Program-made: the position numbers and the translations under genes
Source of the DNA: Lytechinus pictus
Taxonomy: Eukaryota
Length of the DNA: 64,000 nt
Assembly: GCF_037042905.1 (NCBI RefSeq)
Contig: NC_087251.1
Coordinates: 27,468,001 to 27,532,000, forward strand
Direction of reading: 5' to 3'
Shown: positions 12,301 through 25,031 of the stretch, piece by piece
How the letters are laid out: each line of letters opens with the position of its first letter
How positions within the stretch are numbered: position 1 is the first letter of the stretch
Notes under the pieces: model-generated
Told to the model about the DNA's origin: nothing
What the model saw: the letters and a program-made list of their open reading frames with translations, nothing else
Databases searched by the model: none

Positions 12301-14368
12301 TTTCTTTTGCTAACTACATGCCATTTTAAAGATTTGGATAGGCATGTAGGTCCATGGGATAGGCAACCTTGTGTCCAGCCGATCAAAAAAAAATATAACG
12401 AATATGCAATTAACACTATGCAATTAAATCAAACTGATTAAATGTGAAATAGGGAATATCCAAAGAAACATCGCCAAATACCCTTTTGGAAATTTTTATA
12501 GCAATCAAACAGTTGGAATATATCTAAATAGGGGATCGTTCAATGTGAACGCAGTCCGCAAAAACAGAAGAGAAATTCAGTTTTTCCCTTTTCCTCAAGG
12601 GCCAACTTGTCGGTCAAATTAATTTATCTTAAGTTAGAATTTCGACAAATTAATTTCAGCGACTTTGTCTTCTCAATATTTCTTACCCCGATGTAATTTT
12701 TCGATGGGGGAGGGGAGTGGGGAGCTCTTTGTCATTTTTTCAAACAAAATCTATCCTTAGTCCATTGCACACATTTACCAATTGGCGATTCATCTGACAA
12801 TTCGGGCGTCGCCACTCTTTTCATTTTCTAATTGCCAAATTTGGAGTTTAATCTCTCAAAAAACTTTCACTTGAAAGGTTAAAACCTTTAATTGCGTTAG
12901 GTGGAATTCCACCTCTGTACTTTTGCCACAGTTTCCCTTCTACACGATAAATGAACTTGGAGAGGAAACAATCGAGATAAATTATAAAATCAGCTGGTGT
13001 ATATCCATTGTTTCAAAACTTTAAACACAAGCTACATGGTGTATGGGTCAATGCAAATCCCGAACATTAACACATACTTAGTAGTTATTGATATATCAAT
13101 CAATTAATATTTCGACCCCGCTTACCCAATTTTTTATTTAAATGTTATTCGGATATACTATGATTTGTGGTATATGTAGAAAAGTAAAGTTTATTTCCTT
13201 TCTAAGATTTTTTTGAAATCCAAATTAAAATTCAATTTCGAATTTATTCATTTTCAAAGAAAATTTTCAAAGAAAATGAAGTAACATAATTACATAGCAT
13301 ACATTCAAATGATTCAGTAGCTTTACTGATAGTAAACAAAGTGTACAAAACATAAATAAGTTCAAATAGAATCGTGTCAATTTAATGTTAATTATCATAA
13401 AATCAGATATTTTAGTAAAGTCATGATATATCTAGGACTAAAGCAACTTTCAAGCCAGTCAAATTTGATTAGGGAGAAAGGTGGGGAGAATTTAATTTCT
13501 TGCATGGCGCCTAAATCATTTTCACCAATTCACAATATAAGAATGAGCTGTTGCCTTCAAGAGAGAACAGCTGTTGGTATTTGTTTAACATTGTTTCAAC
13601 ATTATACAAATAAAACATACACCCAAGACATTGTTCTGCTTTATCATATCTTTCCGATGTGAACTTTTACCTCCTAATGTATCACTTAATTTAATATTGC
13701 TAATGATTCTCAATGTAATTCCATTGTTTAAAGAATTAGGATATCAGTAAAATCCACCTTCATTATGATAAAGCGTAATTTTGTTTCAGGTTCACACAAG
13801 CTCACTTTGATATCTAGAATGATTTAGAAAACCCACCCCCCCAAAAAAAAAATGCATATTGATATTTTCGAATTTCGATACTCAACAAACATCAATAAAA
13901 TTGAAATCCTGCAAATATTCTTTGAAATATGAAAATGTAGAATTGGATTACGCTCGATATGCGTTGGTATACTTGAAGGGGTTTTAGACTGAGTGGGTTT
14001 ATCCAGCCATCTCACTATACTTTTGATTTTATTATGTACATACATTTATTTTGTATTGTCTTTTTAACATTGTGATATGGAAAATAAATACCAATACCAA
14101 TACCCCCCCCCAAAAAAAAAAAATATTTTAGTGAAAATTATATTTGTGACACTTTCTTTTCATTTATCTTTTATTGTAAGAAAAAAATCAGAATATGAAA
14201 ATTATGATTGTTGATACATTTATTTAATCAAGAATTATTTTCTGCTAAATCGCCTGGCTTCCTCACAATGTTTTTTTTTTCAATAAGATGTTCACCGTTT
14301 ACACGTTGATATCGACCGGCTTCTGGGCACATTCTGATTCAATTTGGTTTATTATTTCTAATGCTATA

Positions 14369-15746
14369 CAGTGCGTATAAAAAAAAACGGGACAGTTTTG
14401 AAAAGTCTATAAAAAATTGTTTTAAATTATTATATCTATATTTTTATGTTAATAGATGCTCTGATGTCTTATCTTTGAATTGCCATTTAAAAAATTAATT
14501 TTGTTCATGCTTGAGCGAATACGGGACGTTTTTGTCGGGGGTTCAAAAAGAAGCCTGCGCCAAAATGGCAGAAATGCGAAATTTGATGATTAGACTTTTG
14601 GCTAATCAGCACAATTCCTCTTAATATTTTCATTTTCTTTGCCATAATTTTCGAATTATGCTGTCAAATTTCATGTACAAAATTATTTATTTACCTTAAT
14701 TATTTAGTTTTTCATTTAAACTTCTTTTACATTTGAATTTTCCTTAATAAGTAAGAAAAGAAGACTTTTTGTCAACCCAAGTAAGAAGATTTGCATTATT
14801 AATTGGGAGAATTTGTAATTATTCAATTCCTTTTATTACTGGTATGTGAAACAAATTATGTTATGGTACCTATATATAAAAGACATGAATCCTATTTTCA
14901 AGGGGTTATTGAATCCTTCACCAAGTTTAATTATGTGCTTGACAGGACAAACAGGAAAGAATTCATGTCTTTCAATGGCAATGGTGTATTGAGTCAATTT
15001 TGAAGGTGCAAGATATGGCAGATCGGGTAAAATGTATTAAAAGGTTGTGAAGAGAGCAAGCAAAAATTTCCAATTTTTTAAATTAAAATATCAAATTTTG
15101 TGATTTTGACATAATATTCAGTAAATGATATATATCATATTTCAATTTCTATGTTTTCTGTTATTTTCCTTTCCACTTTTTTTTCTTGGTCATGATTTTT
15201 TTTCTATTTGGGGGGGGGGGGGGGTCACCCCGAGCCCCCACCCATCAGTATGCCACTGTACAAAGGCACCATAACCTTTGTAGCACACAATGAAAGGAAT
15301 TGAAACAAAAAACACGCTCTCCCATACTTCGGTTTAAAAAATTGTTCTTGCCTAAAGAAGGAATATTCAAAGCTAAAAGATAACATATTAAAAAGGAACA
15401 ACAACAGAACTATTCAAGCAAAAGAGAAGATTTGGAAATGCATTTTGACCACATAATTCGAAAATTATGGCAAAGATAATGAAAAGGTTAAGAGGAAGTC
15501 TGCTGATTAGCAAGAAGTCTGACCATCATATTCATCATTTAATGCCATTTTGGCGCAAGTCTCTTTTTTAACCCCAGACAAAAACATTCCGTGTTCGCTC
15601 AAGCATGAACTAAACTAAATTATTTTAATGGCATTTGAAGGATAAGACTTCAGAGCACCCATTGACACCAAAATATAGAGATCATAATTTGAAACAAAAA
15701 GTTAAAAAACTTTTCAAATCTGTCCCGTTTTTTTTAATACGCACTG
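14369..15746. mobile_element. Non-autonomous Tc1/mariner-like element with ~300-bp inverted arms and TA target duplication
   Basis: TA|CAGTGCGTAT.AAAAAAAACGGGACAG...CTGTCCCGTTTTTTTTAATACGCACTG|TA. Arm homology extends to ~14670 and from ~15440. No transposase ORF inside. Confidence 0.85.
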
Positions 15747-16484
15747 TATATACATGTTGTTTGTCTTAATTGCCTCGTGTTTGATTTCACAATTATTTTC
15801 TCTTAATCGAAAGATTTGAATAAAACTGAAATGAAAAATGTGATTATTTCCTGCAATATCTTTAAAACAATGAAAAAAAAAGAAGTTAATTCACAGTTTC
15901 AGCTGTGGGGGAAATGTCAGAATAAATTAAGAACATGGTTGGTTGGTTTGTGTTTATTCTAACTTCGTTTGAATTCTAAAAGAATATTTACGCCTTTTCT
16001 GATTATTATTATTATTTAAAGATTAGTCTTATTTGATTATTGTTATTTTTTAAGATTATCCTATTCAATCACTATCAAGTGACAAAAACTTAAGTAATTT
16101 CGTAATTTGTGAAGTGATATTACGCAGAACACACTGCTTACAGTTTGTATTATAACATGAATGCAAAGTAAATTATTTAAAGTTCATAAATCCCCTCTCC
16201 GACCGTGGCTTGTCGGTAATATCTCTTTGCACTTGAATTGATTCATAAATAACGATTCATCTAACTATTTTTTAGAAATTTTGATTTGATTTGATTTGAT
16301 TTCTGCATTCACATCAGGGATATACAATAGAGCATATTCAGAGGTATCAACAATACTGTGGTCGTAACATAAGCAATGAAAATAAATAACAAAACATATT
16401 ATTCAAAATAACAATTTAGATGAATGCAGAAGACAGCCATCGTGGGAGATTAGGCTTGATAATGATGACCACTTGGCACTTAGT

Positions 16485-16607
16485 CATATTAGACCAAGTC
16501 GATGAACTAATTGTCATGGTTGTATAGACGCAATATGATTAGACCATGTGGGATTAGACCAAATGAAAATTAGACAAAGTGGAAGGAGACCAAGTGGCAA
16601 TTTACCG
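16485..16607. repeat. Degenerate ~15-bp tandem repeat (tagacca..tgg)
   Basis: Five or more imperfect tagacca/agacaa units. Confidence 0.55.
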
Positions 16608-17709
16608 TTAGGCCTGCAGTTAGTGCGATTTATATTGCATGTGGTCATTCATTTAATCAAACCATAGAGCTGATCAAACATGATGGAGTGTGTTATTCAA
16701 ACAAAGTATCTGACATCTTGTTTATTTGTGGTTGAATCTTCGAAATTGACGTTCAAAGGTCTTCTTTTTTTAACAATCTAACGGTCAAAATTTATTGAGA
16801 GTACGGACAATCGGCTCGTGGATATGTCAAGAATGACTATTCAACATTTGAGTTATTTCTTTTTTAGAAAACATACTGTTACATACATGTATGTGGAAAA
16901 TGTAAATATAAAGAGTAGATAGATCATTATGGCAAATAATTATTAAGTGTGACAGTAAGGAGGGGGGGGGGGGGTAACATGGGTAAAAATTCAGAGGTCA
17001 CAGGCGATTGAATTTACATACAATGCTTAGTTTGAATTCAACTAGGTGAACTTTGAACTATTGTTTAAATTATTATCTATACTACATGCTGTATATATAT
17101 ATGATAAATCGAATTATATTATTTGGCGAAAACCATTCATGTTAACATATCAGATTATTGACAAGGTCAGATCTATGGAGAAACGAAGTTCTCCTGCTAT
17201 CATGAAATAATCTAATTTTAATTCCATAATTTGTGACTTCATTGTGAAAAAAGTAGAAAAGTCACTGCTTGGAAAATCTTTGTTTTTAGGTTCTATTCAT
17301 AATTATGTTTTTTGTTTTTATAGAATCAATTACACTGTCACATCTATATGAAATATTACTGTTCTTTTGTTTCTGTGTTTGTATAACCACAGTAGAAATC
17401 GTATATGCTGAAATGTTTGTATTCAGGGAATAAATCGCCTCAGGAGAGGGCCATTATGAACAACCATCAATATATTTTTCAAGTCATCATCAACAAAAAA
17501 GTAAGGAATATAGTGTGCTTGGTATTGTAACAATATGCATAATTATCCTCATTATCCTCAAGACAAAAAATGAATAAAATCACCCTTAAATGGGTTATCT
17601 TGCCTCCTCCACTATACATGTATAACAATAACCTTATCAGCCGATGCCGACACTGTTTGTGTTAATTATTATACTGCAAACATAACTGACTGATACCATG
17701 GGCATGCTG

Positions 17710-17887
17710 TACTGTAAAAAAACTGTTTTAAAATTTTAAGTACGTTGTCAAAGCCCGTCTCTCTGACAACTTTTGTTTAAACTTTTTAAACAAGTTGTTT
17801 AAAAAGTTTAAATAATAAAAAAAAAATTAAACCAACTTGTTGTTAGAGTGACAGACTTTATAAACAACGTGCTATTTTTTTAATGTG
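17710..17887. mobile_element. Small palindromic MITE (same family as 57327-57506, opposite orientation)
   Basis: actgtaaaaa..ctgttttaaaatttt.ag.acgttgt is the reverse complement of the 57470-57506 end; internal inverted aacaagttg/caacttgtt; TG flanks. Confidence 0.7.
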
Positions 17888-17974
17888 TGATACCTAGTGG
17901 GGTAGATGTATATAATAACTAAAAATGATGATTTCATTGTCTAATTCATAATTCAGTGGAGACAATTTATCTAA

Positions 17975-18450
17975 ACAGAAAAGTGAAAAAAGATCTCATC
18001 AAATTTGAGTGTAATGTAGGAAAGTTATGTTTCGCTTAATATTTTCATGAAAACAGTTATACAGGCACTACACAGTTACTATACACGAAAAGAAACGTTC
18101 AAAATCCAATTCTAATATAGGCCTGTGAAATATGACCTTTTCATATTTTTTCCTCCTCAAATACAATATATTGGTATCACTACACTTGAAAATGTGTAAT
18201 CGTCATTGTTTTAACTTCACAGGATTCAACCGAGGACTAATATCAAATCAACAATATCGAATGTCATAAAATAAAAGAGAAAAAGTGAGTGGGGTATATA
18301 CACCATCGGACCTCTTTCACCCGTGGTATGTTTATTACGCAAAACTTTTGTTATAAATTCCTAATACTATATCTTATTTTCATGACATTTTCTGTTTAAT
18401 TCTTGTTTGATTTTTTTCTTTTTGTTCAAATCATCTTAGTTTGGAGTTAA
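17975..18450. mobile_element. Degenerate copy of the TTAA-MITE family seen at 28235-28808
   Basis: Shared remnants tcatcaaatt..., aaagttatg, aaacagttat and aaaagaga...gtgag. Confidence 0.4.
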
Positions 18451-19444
18451 CGGGAATTACTGTATATCTATGAATATGTGACTCCAAAGCGTTGATCACC
18501 AATCTTAAAATGAGAATTTTCCTCAAAATCGAAAATTTTTAATGGAAATTGGGGCCTACACCCACCCCAAAATTATTTACCCCTTTAGAATGGCTTAAAA
18601 ATTGTGTATTTGATCATTGCGAGACACGTGATATGGTTCAAATATCAAATCAAATAAAAGTCGCCATAAATGAACTTGATCATTGTTCGTGATCATAATT
18701 ATATTATATCACGGGGTCTAGATTTTTATTCCAAATGTTCGTTATATGCTTTCTGTGTACAGACCTGCTTAAATACATACTTAGAGTGATACACAAAATT
18801 ACAAAGCGATAAAGTATGTATGTATAATGATTTTAGAATTGTGATAAAGGGGACAAAGACCATGAAACGTCTTGACAAACTTGAGATTGTGAGCAAAATA
18901 AGAAAATTTATTCTTATCAAAGGTCGATGAGATACTAAGTCCTACTTTTTTTTCGTTGCGTGGATGTTAAGCAAATTTGATGAATATCTGTCAATTTTGT
19001 TATCGACGGTGCTTAAAATCGAACATAATTATTTGAGGTAAAATTGTAGATTGTGACGTCACAATACCATTGATAAGTGATCGAATGCCGTGATAGGGAG
19101 ATTTAATATTCGAAGATCAAGTAAGGCTTAAAAGAAATTAAGGGATGAATAAAAAAAATTAAAGTAAAACAAATCATACAACGATAACGTACACACAAAT
19201 AAGTTAAGTCAGCTATTGATATTTTACATATTTGCTCAATGCTTTAGCTAAAGTCGGTATATGCCTAAAGTAATGAGTGAAACTTTAGTTATTTGTTTTT
19301 TGTTATCATTGGTAAATGTGAAAGATTTACTTTTTTAAAATGCTGTATCAACGTATTGAAATTGATTGATTGATTGATTGATTCCTGAATAATTATTGGT
19401 TAAATAAAAAGGAGCCCCCCAACAATAGGGGTGAAATTGTACAC

Positions 19445-19926
19445 TTACGGGGAGTTATTTTAACTTTATATTTCAACAAACTTTGGAGAAAGGCCTTCTT
19501 GGCACCAAGTTGGTTTCGATAAAACCATGAAGGAAAAATAGAGAAACATGAACATTTCATGAATATCAACCAAAATGACTACAGAGTTAGGAACTTCTTA
19601 CTTTGTGACGTCACTTTCGAGCTGTTTCCCCATACACTGCCATTATGCTCTGGGTCATAAATTCCCTAAAAATATTTTTCATGGTTCATGATGAGAGTTA
19701 AGGGGTTTTCTTTTTTTTTCATAGAAGCGTCAAGGAAGATATGCAATGAGAGTTCCCTTTTTAATGCACAGGTAAAATAATTAGACATTTTATCGAAAAA
19801 GGAACAGTTTGTGAAATCATAGACATCGTTTAATGGGAGACTATTGATGATTTTTGGCAAACATTTATGATAATTTTGTGCATTCATTATTATTCAGTTT
19901 GACGTCAGGGTGAACTCTCCCTTTAA
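19445..19926. mobile_element. Degenerate TTAA-type MITE containing TGACGTCA sites
   Basis: tta.ggggagtt at the left end versus aactctccctttaa at the right end; TGACGTCA at 19606 and 19900. Confidence 0.45.
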
Positions 19927-21306
19927 ATTAAATAGTGACCTGTGAAGTCACAACTAAAGTACAAGTGGATGAAAATAAAAGATGGAATGAATTAGTTGCG
20001 ATAAAGAAGTGTGATGTGAGTCAGCTATTGTTCTCACAAAGGGCCTAGAAGATAAAAGTCGGTTTATTTGTATTGACTGGTCTAATGAGTGAGAAAACAC
20101 GAGCGTTGTCGTGTGAGTGTTCCACAAAACTAAAACATTGAAATTATATTTAGTTCTGTACCGCACAAACATTCGTTTGCATATTTTCTTCCCCCTTCTT
20201 TAAGAGTAAGTTGATAGTGGTTTAAAAATCGTTAAATCTTTTTAAGTCACATTTTGCTATTATCTTTTTGGTTGTATGAATGAATTGAGAATAACTCGGC
20301 GGGCTGTCGGATTTAAGGAAAGCAGACAATTTTTGAGCAAAAAGACCGTTTATTCTTTTAGCACGCTTATCTAGTTTTTATCAAAAAAAATTTGGGAAAT
20401 TTAGAGTACCAAGTTTCACAAATATACTCGCATTAATACTTTCAATACGAAGCGCCCCGATTCAATTTTCCTGACCCTATATTTTTTTTATCATAATACC
20501 AATATTTAAATGGGTGGAGGGGTGGAACTATTGATCTGGCAGAATAAAAAAAGAGATTATCACCAACCATAGAGATATATACTAATAACGCAAACTAGTA
20601 ATAGGCTTTTCGTCACCAACTTACTTTATTTTCCAATTAAAATGACATTAATTTTGATGTTATCATAAAACGCACATTGGCAAAACAAGACCACTCGCAC
20701 TTTGTATCGTAATAAATTCATGTCTTAATGTTGTCCCTCGTAAATTCTGAGGAAATTATATTTGCGCTGGCAATATTTAGAATGAGGACAAGCACGGTCG
20801 GAGCAAACATAGACCTGTCAATATTTTTGTAGAAAAAAGGGGGAAGAAACAATTTTCATGTGATAAATTCGTAAGGTGCACATGTATTTAATCTACCTGT
20901 GGTAATATCAGAGTGACAGTTTCTTCATTTCAATCCCCATGACTATTACCGCTTCCAATTTTAATCAGAATTAGATGGACACTATTATACAGGACAGTGT
21001 GTTTGTCCCTCCCACTTGTCTCTCTATTTTCTCCTATTTTTCTCTTCAAATGAATTTGCGCGTAGCTATAGGCCTAATGATTAGCCACCCCCCCCCCCCA
21101 TTATTGAAACTTGAAAGGGTATAGTATCAGACTTTTAGTAGGCCTGATCCTCTTCTGAACGATACCGTAAAAATCTAACATTAAATCTTATAGGTCATTA
21201 TTTATATCACATTTTCAGATTTGTTTGTTTTACGAAAATTTTTTACAATAACCACTAAATTATACACAAACAAAGAAACATACATTTTCTCGTTGTACTT
21301 ATTTCT

Positions 21307-21545
21307 CAAGGGGGTACATAGGAGGCGGAAGTGGGGGGGGGGGGGGGACGTGTCCCCCCTAAATTTGAGGTGGGGGACGATCCCCCCCTAAATTTTTTGT
21401 TGATAGCCTCTTTTTTTTTTTTTTGCTTGACAATTTTGTTTCCTGCGTCCCCCCTAAAATTTTTGGTTGATAACCTTTTTTTTTTTTTTTGCTTGTCAAA
21501 ATCTTTTGGTGGTCCCCCTAAAATTTTTGGCTTCCGCTGCCAATG
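21307..21545. mobile_element. Poly-G/C MITE with internal cccccctaaa.tttt repeats
   Basis: cataggaggcggaag...cttccgctgccaatg inverted ends; four cccc(c)ctaaa.ttt subrepeats. Confidence 0.55.
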
Positions 21546-21863
21546 AGGGGGCATGGTTTTTCTCCAAAAAAATACTGAGCTATGCTCTTCACCAAAAAAA
21601 AATGGCTAACATCTACTTCTCGTATCTAGGTGAAGACTACGAAAATTGAAACAAAATGCAAGAAAATTTGTGTAAATTCGTGTCAAATTGTCTTTGCAAC
21701 TTCAAATTAATTTGAATCATTAAATGCAATGAATAAGAAATCAGATAAAAGAAAAAGTTTTTTTAAAATTATATCGCAATAGATTTATAATATGGATAAC
21801 TAAAAAAAAAGCATGAATAGCGTATTACTTCAATCAACGGAATAAGACGGATTATATTTAATC

Positions 21864-23180
21864 TTTATACGCCCGTCCTACGGGACGTATTGTGGTATCA
21901 CGCTCGTTGTCCGTCTGTCTGTCCGTCCGTTACGTTTTCCTTGTAAACGTGGTAACTTCACTTTAAAGGAGAATGAAACCCTTGAAACCAGCTGAATCCA
22001 TATCAAAGAGAAAAATCAAAGAAACATATTGTTGAAAGTTTGAGGAAGATTGAATGAATAATAAGAAAGTTATGAGCATTTGAATATTGAGATCACTAAT
22101 GCCATGTAGATCCTCCCATTGGCAATGCGACCAAGATCTGTGATGTCGCACACGTACAACTCCCTCATTACTTTAGTACTTATTTCACTTATAATTCTCA
22201 CTTTTATAGAGTCTATCACAAGGTGAGGTGTTCTCTTTATGAGAGGACAAGTACAGAGGTTTCACAACATTATATCATTGATGAATCGTTTGTCATATGA
22301 TTAGAATGAGCAAAAAGAGATGTTTTGGGGTATATTTTTAGTGTCCAAAAGGGGAGAGTTGTTCATCTGTGACATAATAGATCTTGGTCGCATTGCCAAT
22401 AGGAGGATCTCCATAGCAATAGTGATCTCGACATTCAAATGCTCATAACTTTCTTATTATTCATTCAATCTTCCTCAAACTTTCAACAATATGTTTCTTT
22501 GATTTTTCTCTTTGATATGGATTCAGCTGGTTTCAAGGGTTTCATTCTCCTTTACCTTAACCTAGGCTCATATAATTTGGTGTGCATGATACTAGCGTAG
22601 ATCCCAGGAAGCATATTGATTTTGAGGTCAAAATGTCAAAGGTCAAGGTCGCAGTGACATGTTTTCATCTTACCCTTCTCCCCGAAGTATGCAGTCCTTG
22701 TAAACGCGATAACTTTAGTTTAACTAAACCTAATGTAATTCGGTGTGTATGATACTAGCATGGATCCCAGGTAGCCTATTGATTTTGAGGTCAAAATGTC
22801 AAAGGCCAAGGTCACACTGACATGTTTTCATCTTAACCTTCTGAAGTCTTTGTAAAGGCGATAACTTCAGTTTAGCTTAACCTAGGCTCATATAATTTGG
22901 TTTGTATGATACTAGCATTATATAGATCCCATGAATTTTTTTTTAGGTCAGAAGGTCAAAGGTGAAGTCCTTGTAAACGCGATAAAGTAAGTTTAACTTA
23001 ACCTAGGCTCATATGATTTGGTGTATGTGATACTAGCATAGATCCCAGGAATTTTATTGATTTTGAGGTCAGAAGGTCAAAGGTGAAGTCACCACCTTCC
23101 ACTTTTCTTGCTTGACCAATGAACTCCATTTTCCGCGTTACCAGCGGGCGTATTATGTGCTCGCCTTAGCCACACTGTTG
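21864..23180 (+). mobile_element. Helentron-associated/DINE-1-like element with four ~120-155 bp central tandem units
   Basis: 5' tttATACGCCCGtc, then a (GTCC/GTCT)n microsatellite at ~21909-21929, then tandem units starting ccttgtaaacgcgataac at ~21939, 22696, 22848 and 22969, then 3' subterminal inverted CGGGCGTAT at 23145-23153. This is the known HINE/DINE-1 layout. Confidence 0.7.
21967..22551. mobile_element. Young TTAA-site MITE (Kolobok-like) with ~200-bp near-perfect inverted arms, nested in the element above
   Basis: TTAA|AGGAGAATGAAACCCTTGAAACCAGCTGAATCC...GGATTCAGCTGGTTTCAAGGGTTTCATTCTCCT|TTAC. Removing it restores a tandem unit (aacttca.tttaa-cttaacctaggctc). Confidence 0.88.
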
Positions 23181-24419
23181 TTTAATTATGCAGGAGCAGT
23201 CTTCCAAGCCAATTAACACCGGTTTCATTTATTTTTCATTATAGACCTTCTCTGCAGTGTATAACGACTATTTTGATGCAAATCCAATTTCTCCAAAGAT
23301 AACTTTACCTGCAGGTGTATATTTTTTGACAGATGAGATAACTGATGGTCATATTATCTGAATACTTCGATAAAACCTATAAGATGCCATTTCCTCACAC
23401 TGTTTTCATCATGTTCACTCTGAACAAAAATTACAGTGCAGCGCCATTGAGAAGGGGCGACTTTTGCAAAATGTATAGGCCTCTGGAAATGTAGGTTGTT
23501 ATTGGCACAGGTATGGATATACATTGTGTTTTATATAATATAGGCCTATTAACAATACAACCCATGCCGCCATTGCCTGCATGTTTGGTGACCAGCCTAT
23601 ATATATATATATATATATATACATGTAGCCATATAGATTATATGTCCTTTCTATAAGCATGGACCTAGTATAGGTCCATGCCTATAACTTGGGCAAAGCA
23701 CAAACACCAGAGGTCCAAAGGGCATCTTCGTTCTATGGAAAATAAAAATGAAAGCAGAAACGCATAGCCATTGTTCCTCACTGCTGATCATAATATTTCT
23801 TTGGCTTCCACCGTGGACCTCTAGATAACAATATGATTATTGAAAAATATAAATATGATCTCGTGACAGAGAATATAATGTGACGGAAAAAATAAGTATC
23901 ATGGCACTGCATATAAAAGCATACAATATTTTCGATGAGAAAAATATTAAAAGTTGTCATTATAGTGCGTGATATTAATAAGCTTCGTAGTTGGATGCTT
24001 AACAATAAGGTGATTGTTTTTTCTTTTATCACTAATTGTGATAAAAGGCGCGGATGGAGGGCAGGGGGGCGGGGGGGGGGGTGAGGACCTTTGTTGTCAT
24101 GTGTGAGATTTTCTTTTGGAAAATGCTTCCAATTGTGGTGGTTGCATGTCAGAAAATTCACCCCCCCCCCCCTCCCATTTGCTCCGCCCTAGCCCATAAT
24201 ATTTGGCCATTCTTTACTTTATTTTTTCTTGTCCGACTTTTGTTGTGTTCGTAACTTCGCACTTTGTCATAGTTCACAGCTGACTGGAGCTGACTATGAA
24301 GTACACGTTTGCCCGCATATATTTTGGACAATGTAAACCATGGCCTTTAATCCGATGAGGAAAAAACGTCAACAAACTGACTTCAGAGTTTCAGCTCAGC
24401 GAGCTCACCATAAAACCCT

Positions 24420-24660
24420 AGCGACAGGCGACAGAAGCTCTTTAATTTCAGGCAGGCCTGGATGCGTCTTGTGCTTACGAGCCCAATGATTGGCTCGATG
24501 ATGGCGCGTGACCTGAAACGTCATAATCAGCCTGATTAGTTATGCGCAATTGTGTGTGTTTGTAGGCGTTGACAATAGGCGAAACAGCTGATTGCCAGCC
24601 AGCTGATCGCTCGATGTTGCGACATACATACACGCACCGTGCTGAAGCGAGGAGTGTACC
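24420..24660 (+). promoter_or_regulatory. Probable promoter region of the SLC16 gene
   Basis: Locally GC/CpG-richer stretch directly upstream of exon 1; back-to-back CCAAT (24483-24487) and ATTGG (24489-24493). Confidence 0.45.
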
Positions 24661-24883
24661 GAGAAGTTCGGCGCTGGCTCGCCTTCAAGAAACCGTGTTT
24701 TCTTTGTTGCTTGAGCTGAAATATATTGATTTCAGGATTTTACCTCTATCAAACATCTTCTGATTTCACTTGAACCCAGATCACTGAGATACCTTTTTTT
24801 TTGGAATACGCGCCGATGTTTGTCGAGAGTTATAGCAGCCGATTCGTTATTTTCATCGCAGACGAGCAGCAAACGAAGCCAAA

Positions 24884-25031
24884 ATGTGTTGCTGTTTGAA
24901 GAATTCTTGGGGTTGGTTGGTCACATTTGCAACCTTCCTTCTCATATTACCAGTCACGGGTATTCTGAGCAGTTTTGGAGTCATCTTTGTCAAATTACAG
25001 GCCGAATATACAATATCTGATTTCGCTTTAG
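24884..25031 (+). CDS. SLC16 gene coding exon 1 (not in the ORF track)
   Basis: aaaATG; reads MCCCLKNSWGWLVTFATFLLILPVTGILSSFGVIFVKLQAEYTISDFAL; donor TAG|gtaagt; phase 1 matches exon 2. Confidence 0.88.

Noticed and set aside
6400..21300. Possible additional gene in the long interval between the FAS1 and SLC16 genes (also 56200-64000)
   Set aside because: Only short AT-rich ORFs without codon bias or chains of in-phase splice sites; small or non-coding exons cannot be excluded by eye.
21939..23092. Repeated units that might suggest a CRISPR-like array
   Set aside because: Units are 120-155 bp, contiguous and lack unique spacers; the context is eukaryotic and fits Helentron/DINE-1 central tandem repeats.
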